From contig NC_087251.1 in assembly GCF_037042905.1 (NCBI RefSeq), positions 46,502,001-46,562,000 of the forward strand: 60,000 nt of DNA, in the 5' to 3' direction. Under the pieces are notes generated by a model that did not search any database, was not told the DNA's origin, and worked only from the letters and a program-made list of their open reading frames with translations. Shown here in pieces: positions 13,041-25,918 of this stretch. How positions within the stretch are numbered: the first letter of the stretch is position 1; each line of letters starts with the position of its first letter. The position numbers and the translations under genes were made by a program. The stretch comes from Lytechinus pictus. Taxonomy: Eukaryota.

Positions 13041-14629
13041 ATTTATGATAATGAAAAATCCAATTCATAGCCAACGGTTGAATTACATGAATTTGTAGAC
13101 TAAATTTTCAATATACATAATTATACAAAGTTACAACAGATAATAAAAAATATAAATTCATAATGAACAAAATAATCAAAGAAGAGTCAAATATAATTTC
13201 ACATTAGATAGTTTTGATTTATTCTTCAGAAAGTGAAGTATGGTTCATCATATGTTTCATCATATTTCACTTTCTGAAGAATAAATCAACTTTTCTTTGA
13301 TTATTTTGATCATTATTTTCTTTCTTTGCTGGAGAACATATTTTATTATTTCATATCAATACATTTATAGGGTAGGAGGATACAGAGAGAAAGGTATGAA
13401 AGAAGTAGTAATGTCAGAAAGAATGAGAGGAGACTAAGTTACAAATACTTAGTTATTAATATATTTGGCGCTGCAGTGCCACTTTCATTTTCTTCACCCC
13501 AATGCGACTTCTCAATCTTTAGCGACACACAATCAGGATATTAGGAACAGGAACGCAAAAGAAATTTGATTCTTTGTGACTTTAATCATTGCCATTGAAC
13601 TGTACACATAATTAGAACAATTGATTGCCTGAAACTACTGGTGAAGAAGTAGAATGTCAATTTATTCTAACCTCTTCTCATGCAGACTAAAAACCCAAGA
13701 TGACAGGAGAATAGAAAAAGGAAAAGGGGAATTGATCGCAGAAAGAAACGAGAAAATGTTATTAACACTTTTTCACCCACAAGGCAGAACATCTACACAT
13801 ACATTAATTGAGCAAAAGCACCTTGGAATTGCGTTTTCGTCTTGATTAAAACAGCAATCCATGCCTAGAGCCTCACAACCGAGCATGAACGGCAACCCTT
13901 AAATAGGATTACGCCGGCGCTAGCCTGCTTATATTTTGTTATTGTATAATATTACACTATTCCTCGAGGCACTTGTAGCATGTTCTATTCATTTTGCCAT
14001 GCAGAGGCGGCATCGATGAAGGAATCGATGAGGGCGAGCGAGACGAGGACGATCATCGAGCTTCAGAAGGGCTGCCAGGTGTTTGTATTCTGATAGCACT
14101 GATCAGGAACACAGGATATTTGTCACGATCACAATCATGCATAAGACGAACAATCAATGATAATAAAGGATGAGGTCCCTTCTAAGCTCCTTCCAATTCA
14201 CAAAATTGGCAAATTCTCTCTTACTCGGTTGACATGGGTGAGTGAGACACTTGATTGATGTTCTTCTTAAAACAATATAAGACCAGTTTAAACAAGTTTT
14301 AACATGATCTTTTATAAGTGTTATTTTATTTATTTATTCATTTTACTTTTTTTTGGGGGGGGGGGGAAGGTCTGCAGCTTGTAAAAAGTTTTGTGAATAT
14401 TCCACAAGACAACTTTTAATCTGAAGATTTTCAACATCCCTTGACAGCTTCATCAGTTTCAATAAGGGAGTGTTGCAAAAAATTAAAATCTGCTTGAATC
14501 AATTGCAGATTTCTATTGCAAATTGATGGATCAACTTTTAGCTCTGGCAGGTCAGTTAATAAACTACTTGTTGCAAGATGTTGAGGATCATTTGTAAATT
14601 TGCAATTAATACCCATACATAATGACTTA

Positions 14630-14757
14630 GGTCCCGTAACACACAGGTTAGCGATTAATCATACGCTTGATTTTCACGATTGATCGTACATTGTAGTCGA
14701 TGGAATCAATCGTAGAAAAATGTTCTACGATCATTGCTAAGCTTTGTGTTACGGGCC
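14630..14757. mobile_element. Short MITE
   Basis: GGTCCCGTAACACACAGGTTAGCGAT / ATTGCTAAGCTTTGTGTTACGGGCC inverted ends. Confidence 0.7.
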
Positions 14758-15545
14758 ATTGGAGACCCTGAATAGATTTGAAAATGATTGTAAGTTTCTT
14801 GCAATGCCTGTTTTGGTAAGCATCATTCATCTTTTATTTACACATCCTAAAAGTTGGTTAATTTCTATTAAGCCATTAAGTGAAATCCTGCCATGACAAG
14901 CAACATCACAGATGTAAAATAAAGTCCCCAAGGACATTCAAATGTCCCAATTTCCCCTTAGATGAAAACAACTCAAAGTGGCTTACTTCAAACTATTTGT
15001 AAATTATCAGCTTTCACCTCAGTTGACTTATGATTATAATTACCCATCAGCACAAAAAACATTTCCTAGAATCATGGCCTAATTCTTACAAAGTCTTGTT
15101 CAGGTTTCATACACTAAATAATGCTTCATCTAGATGTTAACATTTAGAGAAACAAGAGCGCTCATGGCACTTTTGCATTAACTTACAGGGCTACATGTAT
15201 ACAGCTTTCTCAAGTTAAAAATCAATCCTCGTTCGCTTTCAATTTGGCAACAATCATTAATTTTCTATTTATTTTTATACTTTGCAAAAATTAAAATAAT
15301 GATATCACAAGAGTATATATGAATGATTAATGAATAAATTTACAAAAAGGTTGCCAATTTGCATTTTTAAACAGGGATTCTGTTGTTTTCATTGCATTGC
15401 CAATTTAAAGTGTGTAAGTTATACTGCTTTTATTCAAGAACCGCACCACATACTTTACTGGGAATAGTACATATTTTTTTTCAGTACATATTTCTCTTTC
15501 CAACCATATTTTGTTTGTAATTGCTCAAGTTGAGGATAATAAGAA

Positions 15546-15754
15546 GGTGACATAAAATATGCTCCTGCGACATTTGCTCCGGTCTTAATACCTCAGAGGG
15601 CAGAGGGTTAAAGGTAGGATTGTAATAGAGTTTAGAATAATATAAAGATAAGGATTAGGGTTTATTTACATTTTCTGCGGTTAGATTTTATGTTTGGCTT
15701 AACATGCGGATTTCCCATCAGAGCAATTATCGCCAGAGCAGGTGTCATGGAACC
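15546..15754. mobile_element. MITE with TTAGGG-like interior
   Basis: GGTGACAT...GACATTTGCTCCGG / GAGCAGGTGTCATGGAACC; opposite-orientation copy at 50175-50364. Confidence 0.6.
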
Positions 15755-16989
15755 TAGTGAGAAACTGCTAATTTATCTCCTACTTGTACATGATACACTG
15801 TACCTCTTTAATGGGTTAACAACATTTACTTGGCACATCTCAAATGTGGTTGTATGTTAAAGTTCTAAGACTGCATGAAGAGGGATTGAAAAGGAGACGA
15901 ATGTCAACAAGCCCTCTTTTCAAAATGGAGCACCCGCAAGCAAGTGTTTGAATCATACTCCCTCCATGCAAGCAGATCCCTTTCATGGCCTACTTAACTC
16001 AATATATTTTTCTCAGAACATTTGTATATTTGAAGAGAAATCTCGCCTTCATTTTTTTTCTGTCTATCTCTCTTACACCCCTCTATTCCAATCATATCTA
16101 TAATCTCTACCTTTCTCTTCCTCCATTTTGTCGTTTCCAAAACTACATCTGTTTCTCATTCTACCTCCTTATTACATACCCGACATGATTCATCAACATT
16201 CAAACATGAATTCTAGTCAGATGAAAAGTATTTTCTAAGGGTCAGATAAAAGGAGAAATATTATTGAAGTAATACCCACACCCCATCAAGATTGCCTTAT
16301 GGGAGGAACATGTTTAAATCATAATAGCATGTTCCCCAGATTTATTGTCATAAAGCCATTACCATGGCAATGCGGCACCCCGATACATTTGAAAAGTGTG
16401 TCTTGCATGTCTTCAGTCGAATACCAAAGTCAACTGAACATTGAGAAAAAACTGAGAAAGTGGAATGTTAATTCACCCTGATTTTAAACCTCCAAACCTA
16501 TTACATGAAAAGAGCAAATAATCAAGACCCCCCCCCCCCCACCAAAAAAGAGAGAGAGAGAAACATTACTAAATGTACCATAGACATGGATTTTGAAAAA
16601 TAGGAACAAAAGGATAAAAAATAACCTTTTTTGTTCCCGTTACAGAGCTTTAACTCACAATGCATGAATGATTTCTATTTTCGGTATCTCAGTCACCATT
16701 CCTTTTAACTCCTTTTCTACGTTTGTTCATAATCACCTCCTTCACCTACTTACTCATCAATCCTCAACCCCCTCCCCCTTCCTCCAAACAAACATGAATA
16801 CATATATGTCTGGTTTTTTTTCCATTACATCAATAAATTTATGTTAATTACCTGTTCACCTATTCCTTCTGAAATGTTTGTCCTGCTCCTGTTAATCCTA
16901 ACTGTATTTTTTTTCTCCAAAACTTAATTCCCCCTACTGGTCCATTAGCTTTTCAATCCATATCATTAATGTTCATTTACACACTCCCA

Positions 16990-17990
16990 GGTCAATATAG
17001 TTTGGTTTGAAAAGAAGACCCTTTCCCCTTTCTTACCATCTCTCTTACACTATTTCACTTAATCCTCATCTTCAATTTCTTATTCCTCCCTTTTTATCCG
17101 TATCTCTACTCTTTCTTCTCGCATCCTCATTCGATTCTCTGGACTATCTTTCTCAGTTTTGCCACTTCAAACGTATCCGACTAATTTCAGATCAATACAT
17201 CATTTTCTTTAAAAAACCCTCTTTCCCCTTTCCTATATTTTATCCTCATCTTCACTCCCTAATCACTCTTTGTGAATCCATCCATCTCTTTCTTTCTGTC
17301 CTTCATTTCAATGGTTTGTCCGTCTCTCTTCTCTTTCTTTCTCACAACCCCATTCAATTCCCTGGACTACATCTCCTCAGTTTTGCCTCTTCAAACTCAC
17401 CCAGGTTATTCCTTTTTTTAATTTTTTTTATTCTAAAAAAGATAATTCATTTGAAACATTCTATCCATCTCCTTTACACCATTTCCCTTTATCCTTATCT
17501 TTAACCTCTCCTTCCCCATTGTAGATCGATCCCTAATCTCTTTTATTTTATACCATAGTTCAATTTTCTGGACTGTCTTCCTCAGTTTTGGCTCTTCAAA
17601 CTCCTAACTAATTTCATATATTAAAAAAAAATAGCTTCCCCCTTTCTATTGATCTCTCTTACAATATTTAATGCTATCCTCATATTCAATCCCTCCTTTC
17701 ACATTTGTTTATTCATATTTACTTTTTTTCTTTCTCATGTCATCTTTCAATTCTTTTGACTTATTATATTTTTTTTGCAACCTGATCATTGTGTTAAATA
17801 TATATAGGCCTATATATGTATTAAGAAAAAGACTATTCCGACATTATTTTATTTTACTTGACCCCTCCTTCTTCCCCTTTGTTTATCCATCCCTACTCTC
17901 TTTCTTTCTTTCTATCTATCCATCATTTAATTCTCTAGACTATCTTCCTCCGTTTTGCCACTTCAAACACACCTGAGTAATTTTCACACC
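16990..17990. repeat. Degenerate pyrimidine-rich minisatellite, about 5 units of 180-220 bp
   Basis: Core CTGGACTATCTTYCTCAGTTTTGCCWCTTCAAAC recurs at about 17139, 17362, 17568, (17755) and 17935. Confidence 0.75.
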
Positions 17991-20900
17991 TATGCTCTCA
18001 TCCAGGCATCCATGAAGGGGCTCCCAATCCAATGTTCTGCTTGCATAGTTTCAGACTCAATGTCTGCGCCACAATCCCATAGCAAGAATTCCCTAAAGGT
18101 ATACCATACTGTTACAGTCACACCGAAGAAACCGACTCCAAACGGACCGATGGTAAATGATTGAAAAAAATGTAAAACACTTAGTCAGACTGGGTCCTGT
18201 CTTACAAAGAGTCGTGATTGATCCAATCACCCCTAAACTTTATGGAAATCCATCATTATCGTAATTTTTCCTACAGGATATTTGCACAATATCCTTTTTA
18301 AAGGGATTGTTTCACTTTGTGAGCAATTGAAAAAATTATCATATTGCTTTTTGAAAATGGTATGAACATTTGACTAACAGCTCAAAAATACCCATGTGAA
18401 AGTTTGGGATCATAACATGTTCGGGAAGTGTTTTTAAAAACTGAAAATCTGAGGCAATGTTTGAAGAGAAAAATGCACTTCTCGGCGGTTGATTCATGAT
18501 TCTGTTTCCAATTTAAATCGATATTATATAGCGCCACCTTGTGATGTATGCAAGAAAGTAGGCGGAGCTTACCACGGGGAATTTCGCTTCTTGCGTGATC
18601 TGTGGGCGAAGTTAGTTTGTTTTGGGTTTTTTCTGTGTCTCCGCTCGGTGTGTGCGATAAGCGATCGATGCATGTGCGTTGCTTATTGCCTGTGTGAAAG
18701 GGTGTAGCTAGTGTGTGTCGCTTGTGCATAACATTGGGGGAATATCATAAGTCCATGATCATACTGTCAAACTGTGTCGAACTCGTGAATGTCCATTCCG
18801 TCTGTGGTCTGTACATTTGAATATGCTACATGTATGCCTCATAATGAACTTTGTAGACTTACAGACCATGGGATTTTGATGAATTTATATTTTGGCGACG
18901 TAAATTAGTAGCAAATAAAACGACAACAACAGAAAAGAACGCGACAAACCGGGGCTACAAATACAATCTCGGATCTACAGTGTAGAGTAATAGTAGTTTT
19001 TTTTGTGGATCATGGGGGCCGGGGATGGAGCGTGATTTTCCAGAAGCTATATTGTGCCCCCCCCAAAAAAAAAAAAAAAATTCCCTCTGTTCTTTTCTTT
19101 AGTTTACCTTTGCATGCACTACAAGATATATCCTTGTGGTTGTTGATAATTCTCTTTTACCTGGTCACGATATAGCAAACGTCCGTCGACTGATTCGAGA
19201 AGAGAATGCAATATAGCTCCATGTAATGCAATATCATGGAGCTGTAATATGTATCCGAACTCCACTCTGGTCATGTTACGTCCACGTAATCACAGGCCTT
19301 CGTGTGTCATGTGCATGTTTACATACACGGGGCATAGCTGGGTAGGAACTCGGAATAAAGGCAGTGACCTCTCCTTCCCCCCCCCCCCCCCTGGCATGGA
19401 CTCGAAACATCCACCATCGTGGGTTTTTTTTTTGTGTGTGTGTGTGTGTGTGTGTTTTTTTACGTTCTCCACGAGCTCCCCCAACAAAGATATTCCCATC
19501 CCGGATTTCCCATCCCATCAAAATCTTCGGTAGGCCTATCTTCACGTAAGATGCTTATGAGAAACTCCCGGGGAGAAACTATATGATCAACATGATCAAC
19601 GTATTGCCCCCCCCCCCCCTCCGATCGATCGGGGCCTATCCGTTTTGGACTTTATTTTGGAACGTGGTAGATAAGGTAGTTGCAAACCCAAAACATCTCA
19701 ACTCCTAGACCCCGGACTATAATGACTATTAGACCTACAAATTATTATCCATAAACTTTGTTGGTTTTTTTTTTTTTTTTTTGATTGGTTTTTTTGTAAG
19801 GGGAAGGAATCGTATTTAATTTTATCCATGATTGGGGTCAATAATTCTTTCAGTTTCTCCGCCATATAATCCGCTCATGACATCTTTCAAATCATATCAC
19901 TTTTCTTTTACATTTTCCATTTCTTTCGGCCGCTCTTTTCTTTTCTTCTGCTTCCCCTCTCTCGATCCTCCTTCCGTAAATTCTTTACAGTAAAAAAGAA
20001 GTCTGATTTTTTTTACACATCCCTGATTACTATATGAACCTTACGTGAAAATAGTGTTTTGTGTTCTTTTCTAGCTCGTTTACCTGAAAACCTGTAAATT
20101 GGTTATTGATTTTCTTCATACAATTTATATGAAACCTCAGCGTATATGAAGCATCCTTTACCTTCGTTCTGGTATTGTTTATATTGGTTGGTTATATTCA
20201 CGATTAAAAAAATGCATAAATATAAACAAAATAACATTACATAATCAAATAATTAAAAAAAAACAATATAACAAATTAACAATATAACAGTAATGAAGCT
20301 TACAATGCATGTAATACAGAATCGTAGGGATAGACCCGTTTCAGATTGGCTATTGATAGCCAACCTGTTCTTCCCCGGGGTCCCTAAAAATAAATTAATT
20401 AAATTAGCATTACAATATGAAAATTTCTAATAAATACGAGTATAACAAATCAATATAAAACAAATGTAAAATAATATATCCTCATGATATCATTCATTTG
20501 GGGAAAATAATGAAAAATGAAATAGTGTAATTAGTCACACGTTATCAATCACGAAAGTTCCCTTTTCTGCTCGATCCAATCACTGAAACATTCAAATTCC
20601 ATGGAACAATTAGTCATACATCATCACCACAACTATCACATAACAATACACTTAAATTCGTGTATTTTAAAACAAATTCTTGTGAATGAGCATAATTGTA
20701 TTTCCGTCGATATTGAAAGGCCGTCTCTAACAGGGTATGACCCCCCCCCCTTCCCATGTCGGGGTAAGGGGGAGAGGGGGAAAATAGAAGTGAGGATGGG
20801 GAAGAAGAGAAAGAAGAAAAGTGGAAGAAGGAAAGAAAAAAAATGAAAAGAAAAGAGGCTGTCGGACTGACGTCTACCGGAAAAATGATATAACTGTTGG

Positions 20901-21555
20901 GTCACGAAGGAATGTTCCATTACTCCGTGTATATATATGCTATACCGACAGTGATTAGAATATACTGTCACACAGGGCGGTTCTAATTAATTGCTTCATG
21001 TTCCGAGAGAGATTTGAATGTATATAGGTTTTAGGTCTAAATCGCCTTACAATCAAGCCCATTCTTTTTTACGTACAGTGATTAAAATTGCCCGGCCATA
21101 TGTCCCAGTCGCGAAAATTGTTAGCTCGCGCTTCGCGCTCGCATCATTCAGACTGTTCCATTATCATCTTCACAAGTTTCTTACGTGTTGGGCAGCGCTT
21201 TTAAGATATTCACTTTTATGTCAGTAAATTTAGTTCGCGCTACAAACAGCTTGTCCTTTATTGTTTTACAACGTCCAGTCATGATCAATTATATATTAAA
21301 AAAAATATATTGTTGAGCATGATATACCCTTCGTATTCATTATTACAAGAAGTGCAAAAGGAATGTCTAGTTTTTATGTCTACATGTAAAAAATAGCTTA
21401 TTGTGCTTCGCGCTTGCAATTATTGTTTACTGAGGTGCATATAATTTGATATTTACATTAAAAAAACCTGCTTAGAATGTCCAGTTGTCGGGCCATAATA
21501 ATATTCAGCTCGCGCTATTCGCTCGCATTGTTTAATTTAATGTCCACCATGTCCA

Positions 21556-23212
21556 CAGTGGCGTATCTAGAACAAACGAGGCCCGGGCAAGTGCTAAAAT
21601 CGCACCCCTTTCAAAATATAGGTCTATTGTGTATATACTCTGCACTCGACCAGTCAAAATAAAACATAATATTCTAGTCCGGGGTTTTTTATCATGAAAA
21701 TGATGCGTATCTAACGAAAACAACGTATGCGAGCGCTAAGCACGTGCCTATTATTTTCAGTATTAAGATCTTAAAAAGGAATATTCTAAGCACTTTTTGT
21801 AATAATTAACATGATGCATATCCAGACAATGAACGCATTCGCGAAGCGCGAGCCGAAAATTATTGATATTGAGACCTCCAATCGGGACATATCGATGCTT
21901 GTCTAATTAAGCATTTCATGCAAGCACGAGGGGCGAGCTGAAAAATTAATATTGAGGGGAAATCTTAATAATAATGATGATAATGATAATAATTATAATA
22001 ATAATAATGACAATAATAATAATAATATTGGTGGCTTCTTATATAGCGCACGCGTCCACCTTTCGGTGCTCATGGCGCTTGTAGAAAAATAAACACAACA
22101 CCCAACAACAATAGAAAACGAAAAAGAATAGAATTTGAATTCTCCTGAATGTTAATGGGAGATCAAAATTTAGTTTTCACTGGGACTTGAATGTTTCTGT
22201 TGATGAAAATTTGGCGTAATTGGATAGCCAATCGATTCCATAGCTTTGGTCCTATAACAGAGAATACATCCCCCCATTTGTGTTTGGTTCTGGGTGTCTG
22301 GAGCAATAGAGCATCAGAATGATGAGCGGAGACTGCGTGAAGGCTGATATTTTGAGATAGAGCTGCGGAGATATGTGGGGGAAGAGAGAATAAATTGAAT
22401 AATAGTAAAATAATTTTGAAGGAGATTCTTTTATCAACAGGCAGCCAATGTAAGGACTGGAGGATTGGCGAGATGGAGTCATACTTTTTAGTGTATGTTA
22501 GGAGACGGGCAGCAGAGTTTTGTAGACGTTGAAGTTTTGTCCAATCTTTTTGTGGGAGGTTAAAGAACAATGAGTTTGAAAAATCTAAACGGGAGGAAAT
22601 CAAAGCATGGATAATTTTAGGGGCTTTTTGTAGGAATTCATGAAAAGGATACGTATCTCATCGGGGTAGGCCCTAATGTGAGCGCGAAGCGCGATATGAT
22701 ATTTTGTATATCCTCACCTAAAAATGTCTAATGGAGAGTTTTTATCTCCCTCATCAAAATCAGAGCGTGGTGAGAAGCTTTGACAAACCAGAAAATTATA
22801 TTTCTGAACTGTTTGCAAGAATTAATGAAAAGAAAGATATAAAAATAATGCAAACTCGTAGCTATAGATGAAAAGTTATGACATTTGAGTTTGAAAAACT
22901 AATTTTTTTTATAAGGAGTGTTTGTTGGAATTCATGGAGAGAATATAAGTATATCACTAATTAAAAGTTGCACGAATATTCATCCCTGGGTAAAGACATG
23001 CACGATTATTTTTTTACGTTGAAAAGTGCATTAATGGTACAGAGAACGGGGGTATTACCGTCAGCGGTATTCCTTTTTCAGCGTCTTAATTCCTTTGCTT
23101 TTTCTATTCATTTTTTCCCTTTCTTTCTTTGCATCTATCTCCCGTTTTTGCACCACTGAAAGTAGCACCCGGGGCACGTGCCTCCATTGCCGCCCCGGCT
23201 AGATACGCCATG
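21556..23212. mobile_element. Nested TIR element carrying a LINE fragment
   Basis: CAGTGGCGTATCTAG ... CTAGATACGCCATG; internal GCGAGCGCGAAGCGCG-type motifs are reversed relative to the flanks. Confidence 0.6.
21966..22620 (-). mobile_element. 5'-truncated L2-clade (L2/Crack-like) LINE fragment: ORF2 C-terminus, 3' UTR and (TTA)n tail
   Basis: ORF 22163..22603 gives ISSRLDFSNSL...KLQRLQNSAARLL...ISPILQSLHWLPV..RI.FK, typical of the L2/CR1-group ORF2 end, then frameshifts; 3' end GCGCTATATAAG followed by a trinucleotide tail. Confidence 0.85.
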
Positions 23213-23280
23213 TAATAAAGTCCACTTTTCATGTCGGAAGAAATATCAGCTTGCGCTCCGCGCTCTAATCGATTGTTGAG

Positions 23281-23281
<1 letters not shown>

Positions 23282-23322
<41 letters not shown>

Positions 23323-23390
23323 AACATGTACATGTATATATGTATAACATGTACATGTATAACTTCACACATTTATATATATATATATAG
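23282..23390. repeat. (TA)n microsatellite with TACATG units
   Basis: Direct inspection. Confidence 0.85.
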
Positions 23391-25635
23391 CCATTCTGTT
23401 CATGGTTCCATTGCTTTTTATGTCTTGTTTTAGGTCTAAATCTAGGGGGAAAATCACCTCGCGTCTAATTCTCTAATATGACGTTTCTTCTTTAAATAAA
23501 AAACGGACTTGAACTTTCCAGTTTTTAGATCTGAATTAAAAATAATAATAATCAGCTCGCGCTTCGCGCTCGCATTAATTGTTTGATTACATACTCATCC
23601 TGGTTATGATTTCAAAACGTGGTTAACATGTTCAGTTCTCAATAATACTCATATTGTACATGACAGAAAAAGTGCTTAGATTGTCCGAGTTTCGGGCGGA
23701 AAATTAGAATTTCTGTTCGCGCTTCATGCACGCTCGCATCATAAAGTTATGCTTATATATCCATCCAATTTATGGTTGAAAATGTGATTCGAATATACAT
23801 TTTTTAGTCCCAGATATTGAAAATGTACAACTCGCTCTCGCATTTTATTGATTGGTGAGATTTGTATTACATGTACATTCATGAGTCACTGCAAAACGAA
23901 TACTTTTGTAGGTGAGTATATTAAAAATTACTTCTGTGTTTCGCGCTCGCACGAATCTTTTCGTTAGATACGCATCTTCTTCATGATTACAATAACTGCC
24001 CAGAATATTCAATTCTCAGTTCTAAATAAAAATATACAATAAATTTAGCTTGCATGTGATATATTTAGACCTCATGAGATAAGGTAAGATAAGACTGTAT
24101 TAGAATTTCGATCTTTAGTTAGGTCAAGCCCTCTAATATATAAATGAATAAATAAATAAATAATAACGTGAATAATGCCCCCCCCCAAAAAAAAAACAAA
24201 AACAAAAAAATGATTTTGGCGGCCTATCGGGAAAGTGTGAATGATAATTCCCACCCCTACCTTTAACTGATGAAAGCCTGTACTGCCCTGGGTATGGTGG
24301 AAGAAAATGTGACTGAGGAGAGTGTTGAACACTTCCAAGACTCATGGTCGTATAGCTGACGTCGGTACACGTTACCGATATACATTTGTAGAATCAAGGG
24401 CTATACCGACAAACATTTTGAACATTTACGATAGAGTATAGCTCGTGAGCAAAAAATAAAATAATATAATCACTTTTGAAAATGAACACCACTTCTCCCC
24501 CCCCCCCTCTCCCTTGCATGGTTGTGGAAGTTCGTAGTGTTTTTCGTTTGCGCGGGGGAGGGGCTCAAATAAAGGATTATAGGTATGTTCGTTTTGATCA
24601 CACGAATCAAGCAGTGATAATAATACATGGGCACCTTGAGCACCTAACAAGATGGACACGTGTGCTATATAAATATTATATTATTTTATTACTATTATTA
24701 TCATTACTTAGAACTTATACGCTACTCGCCCCTTCCACTTCCCTCGTCTCCATTTTTTTTAGGGGGCCGCAGGTATAGGCATAATCTATAGCGTTCCCGC
24801 TCCCCCTTTCAATAATTTTAATATTTTTTCATCGTCCATTCTGGAGATATATGATTTCATCTCTCCGATCCGCCTCGTCAGTGTGTAAATGCGCTAGCGT
24901 GAAGGGAGGGGGTCGCTAGCAACCAACCTCCAACCTTGGACAACACAAGAAATAGGAGAAAAAATAAAGGACATTTTAATATTAGAAACGAAAATGTCTG
25001 CTATGTTCTTGTTTGTCTTTTCCCCTGTTTATATTCCATAATGATGTAATGATTTCAAAAATCACATGTTCAGACCCCCCATTCCTCCATGTCCAGGGTT
25101 GCACTTTGTGAATAAGAGAATTCAACCTGGTCACACGTCGTTTTCAGATCCTTTCATTTTACTTCTCTCTCCCAATTTTCTTTCTTTAGTCATGTTCGTT
25201 GTGTTGTAGAACAATAGAGTGGACACTTTGACGTCGAAATAAGGTTACCAGACTAACGAAGGGAATGGGAAAGGTAGCGATAAATGGAAGCGAGGGGAAG
25301 GGGCACGCCCTCCTAAATTTTAGATAAGTGGGGTAGTTACCCCCTTAAAAGGAAGAGGGAAAGAAAGAAAGAAAGAAAAAAGAAAAGAAAGGAAAAATGT
25401 GAAAATAAAAATAAGAAAAAGATGAATATCACATGTTTACTAAAACCAATAATACCAAAATAGCAGTTTTGACAAAGGAAAATACTTAAAATTTAAAGCA
25501 AAATAATCATACAATCAAAAATAAAAAGTTTGTTTTCCGCACCAAAATGAAGGTGTTTGGATCAAACCTGTACATCACCCCCCATATAAATCTTGGAGGT
25601 GATTTAGCACCCCCGCTTACAAAGGCCATGTGCAT

Positions 25636-25918
25636 CGGTGTTTCCACAGATCCAAAACAAACTTCTCGAATTTATAGACATTTCCTAGAATTTTTAGTTT
25701 GATTTTAACAAAAATTGTACAAAAATGTAGCCAGCCGAAACTTTCAGCAAACAATTTTAAAAATATAACATGAATGTTGACAGTTGCTATGTTTAATTAT
25801 TGTTTACTTGTAATAAGGCTTTGGATTTCCCGAAATTTCCTGCATGGATTTGTTTCATTCGGAACCTTTCCTGGAAAAGGTAAAATTTCCCGAAATTTCG
25901 GGAGGAGTGGAAACACTG
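25636..25918. mobile_element. hAT-like MITE (283 bp)
   Basis: TIRs CGGTGTTTCCAC / GTGGAAACACTG; exact 8-bp TSD ATGTGCAT. Confidence 0.8.

Noticed and set aside
17007..17976. Hydrophobic 165-aa and 101-aa ORFs
   Set aside because: Pyrimidine-rich minisatellite with few stop codons.
19213..19245. Small inverted repeat AGCTCCATG...CATGGAGCT as another micro-element
   Set aside because: Only 9-bp arms and no clean flanking TSD.
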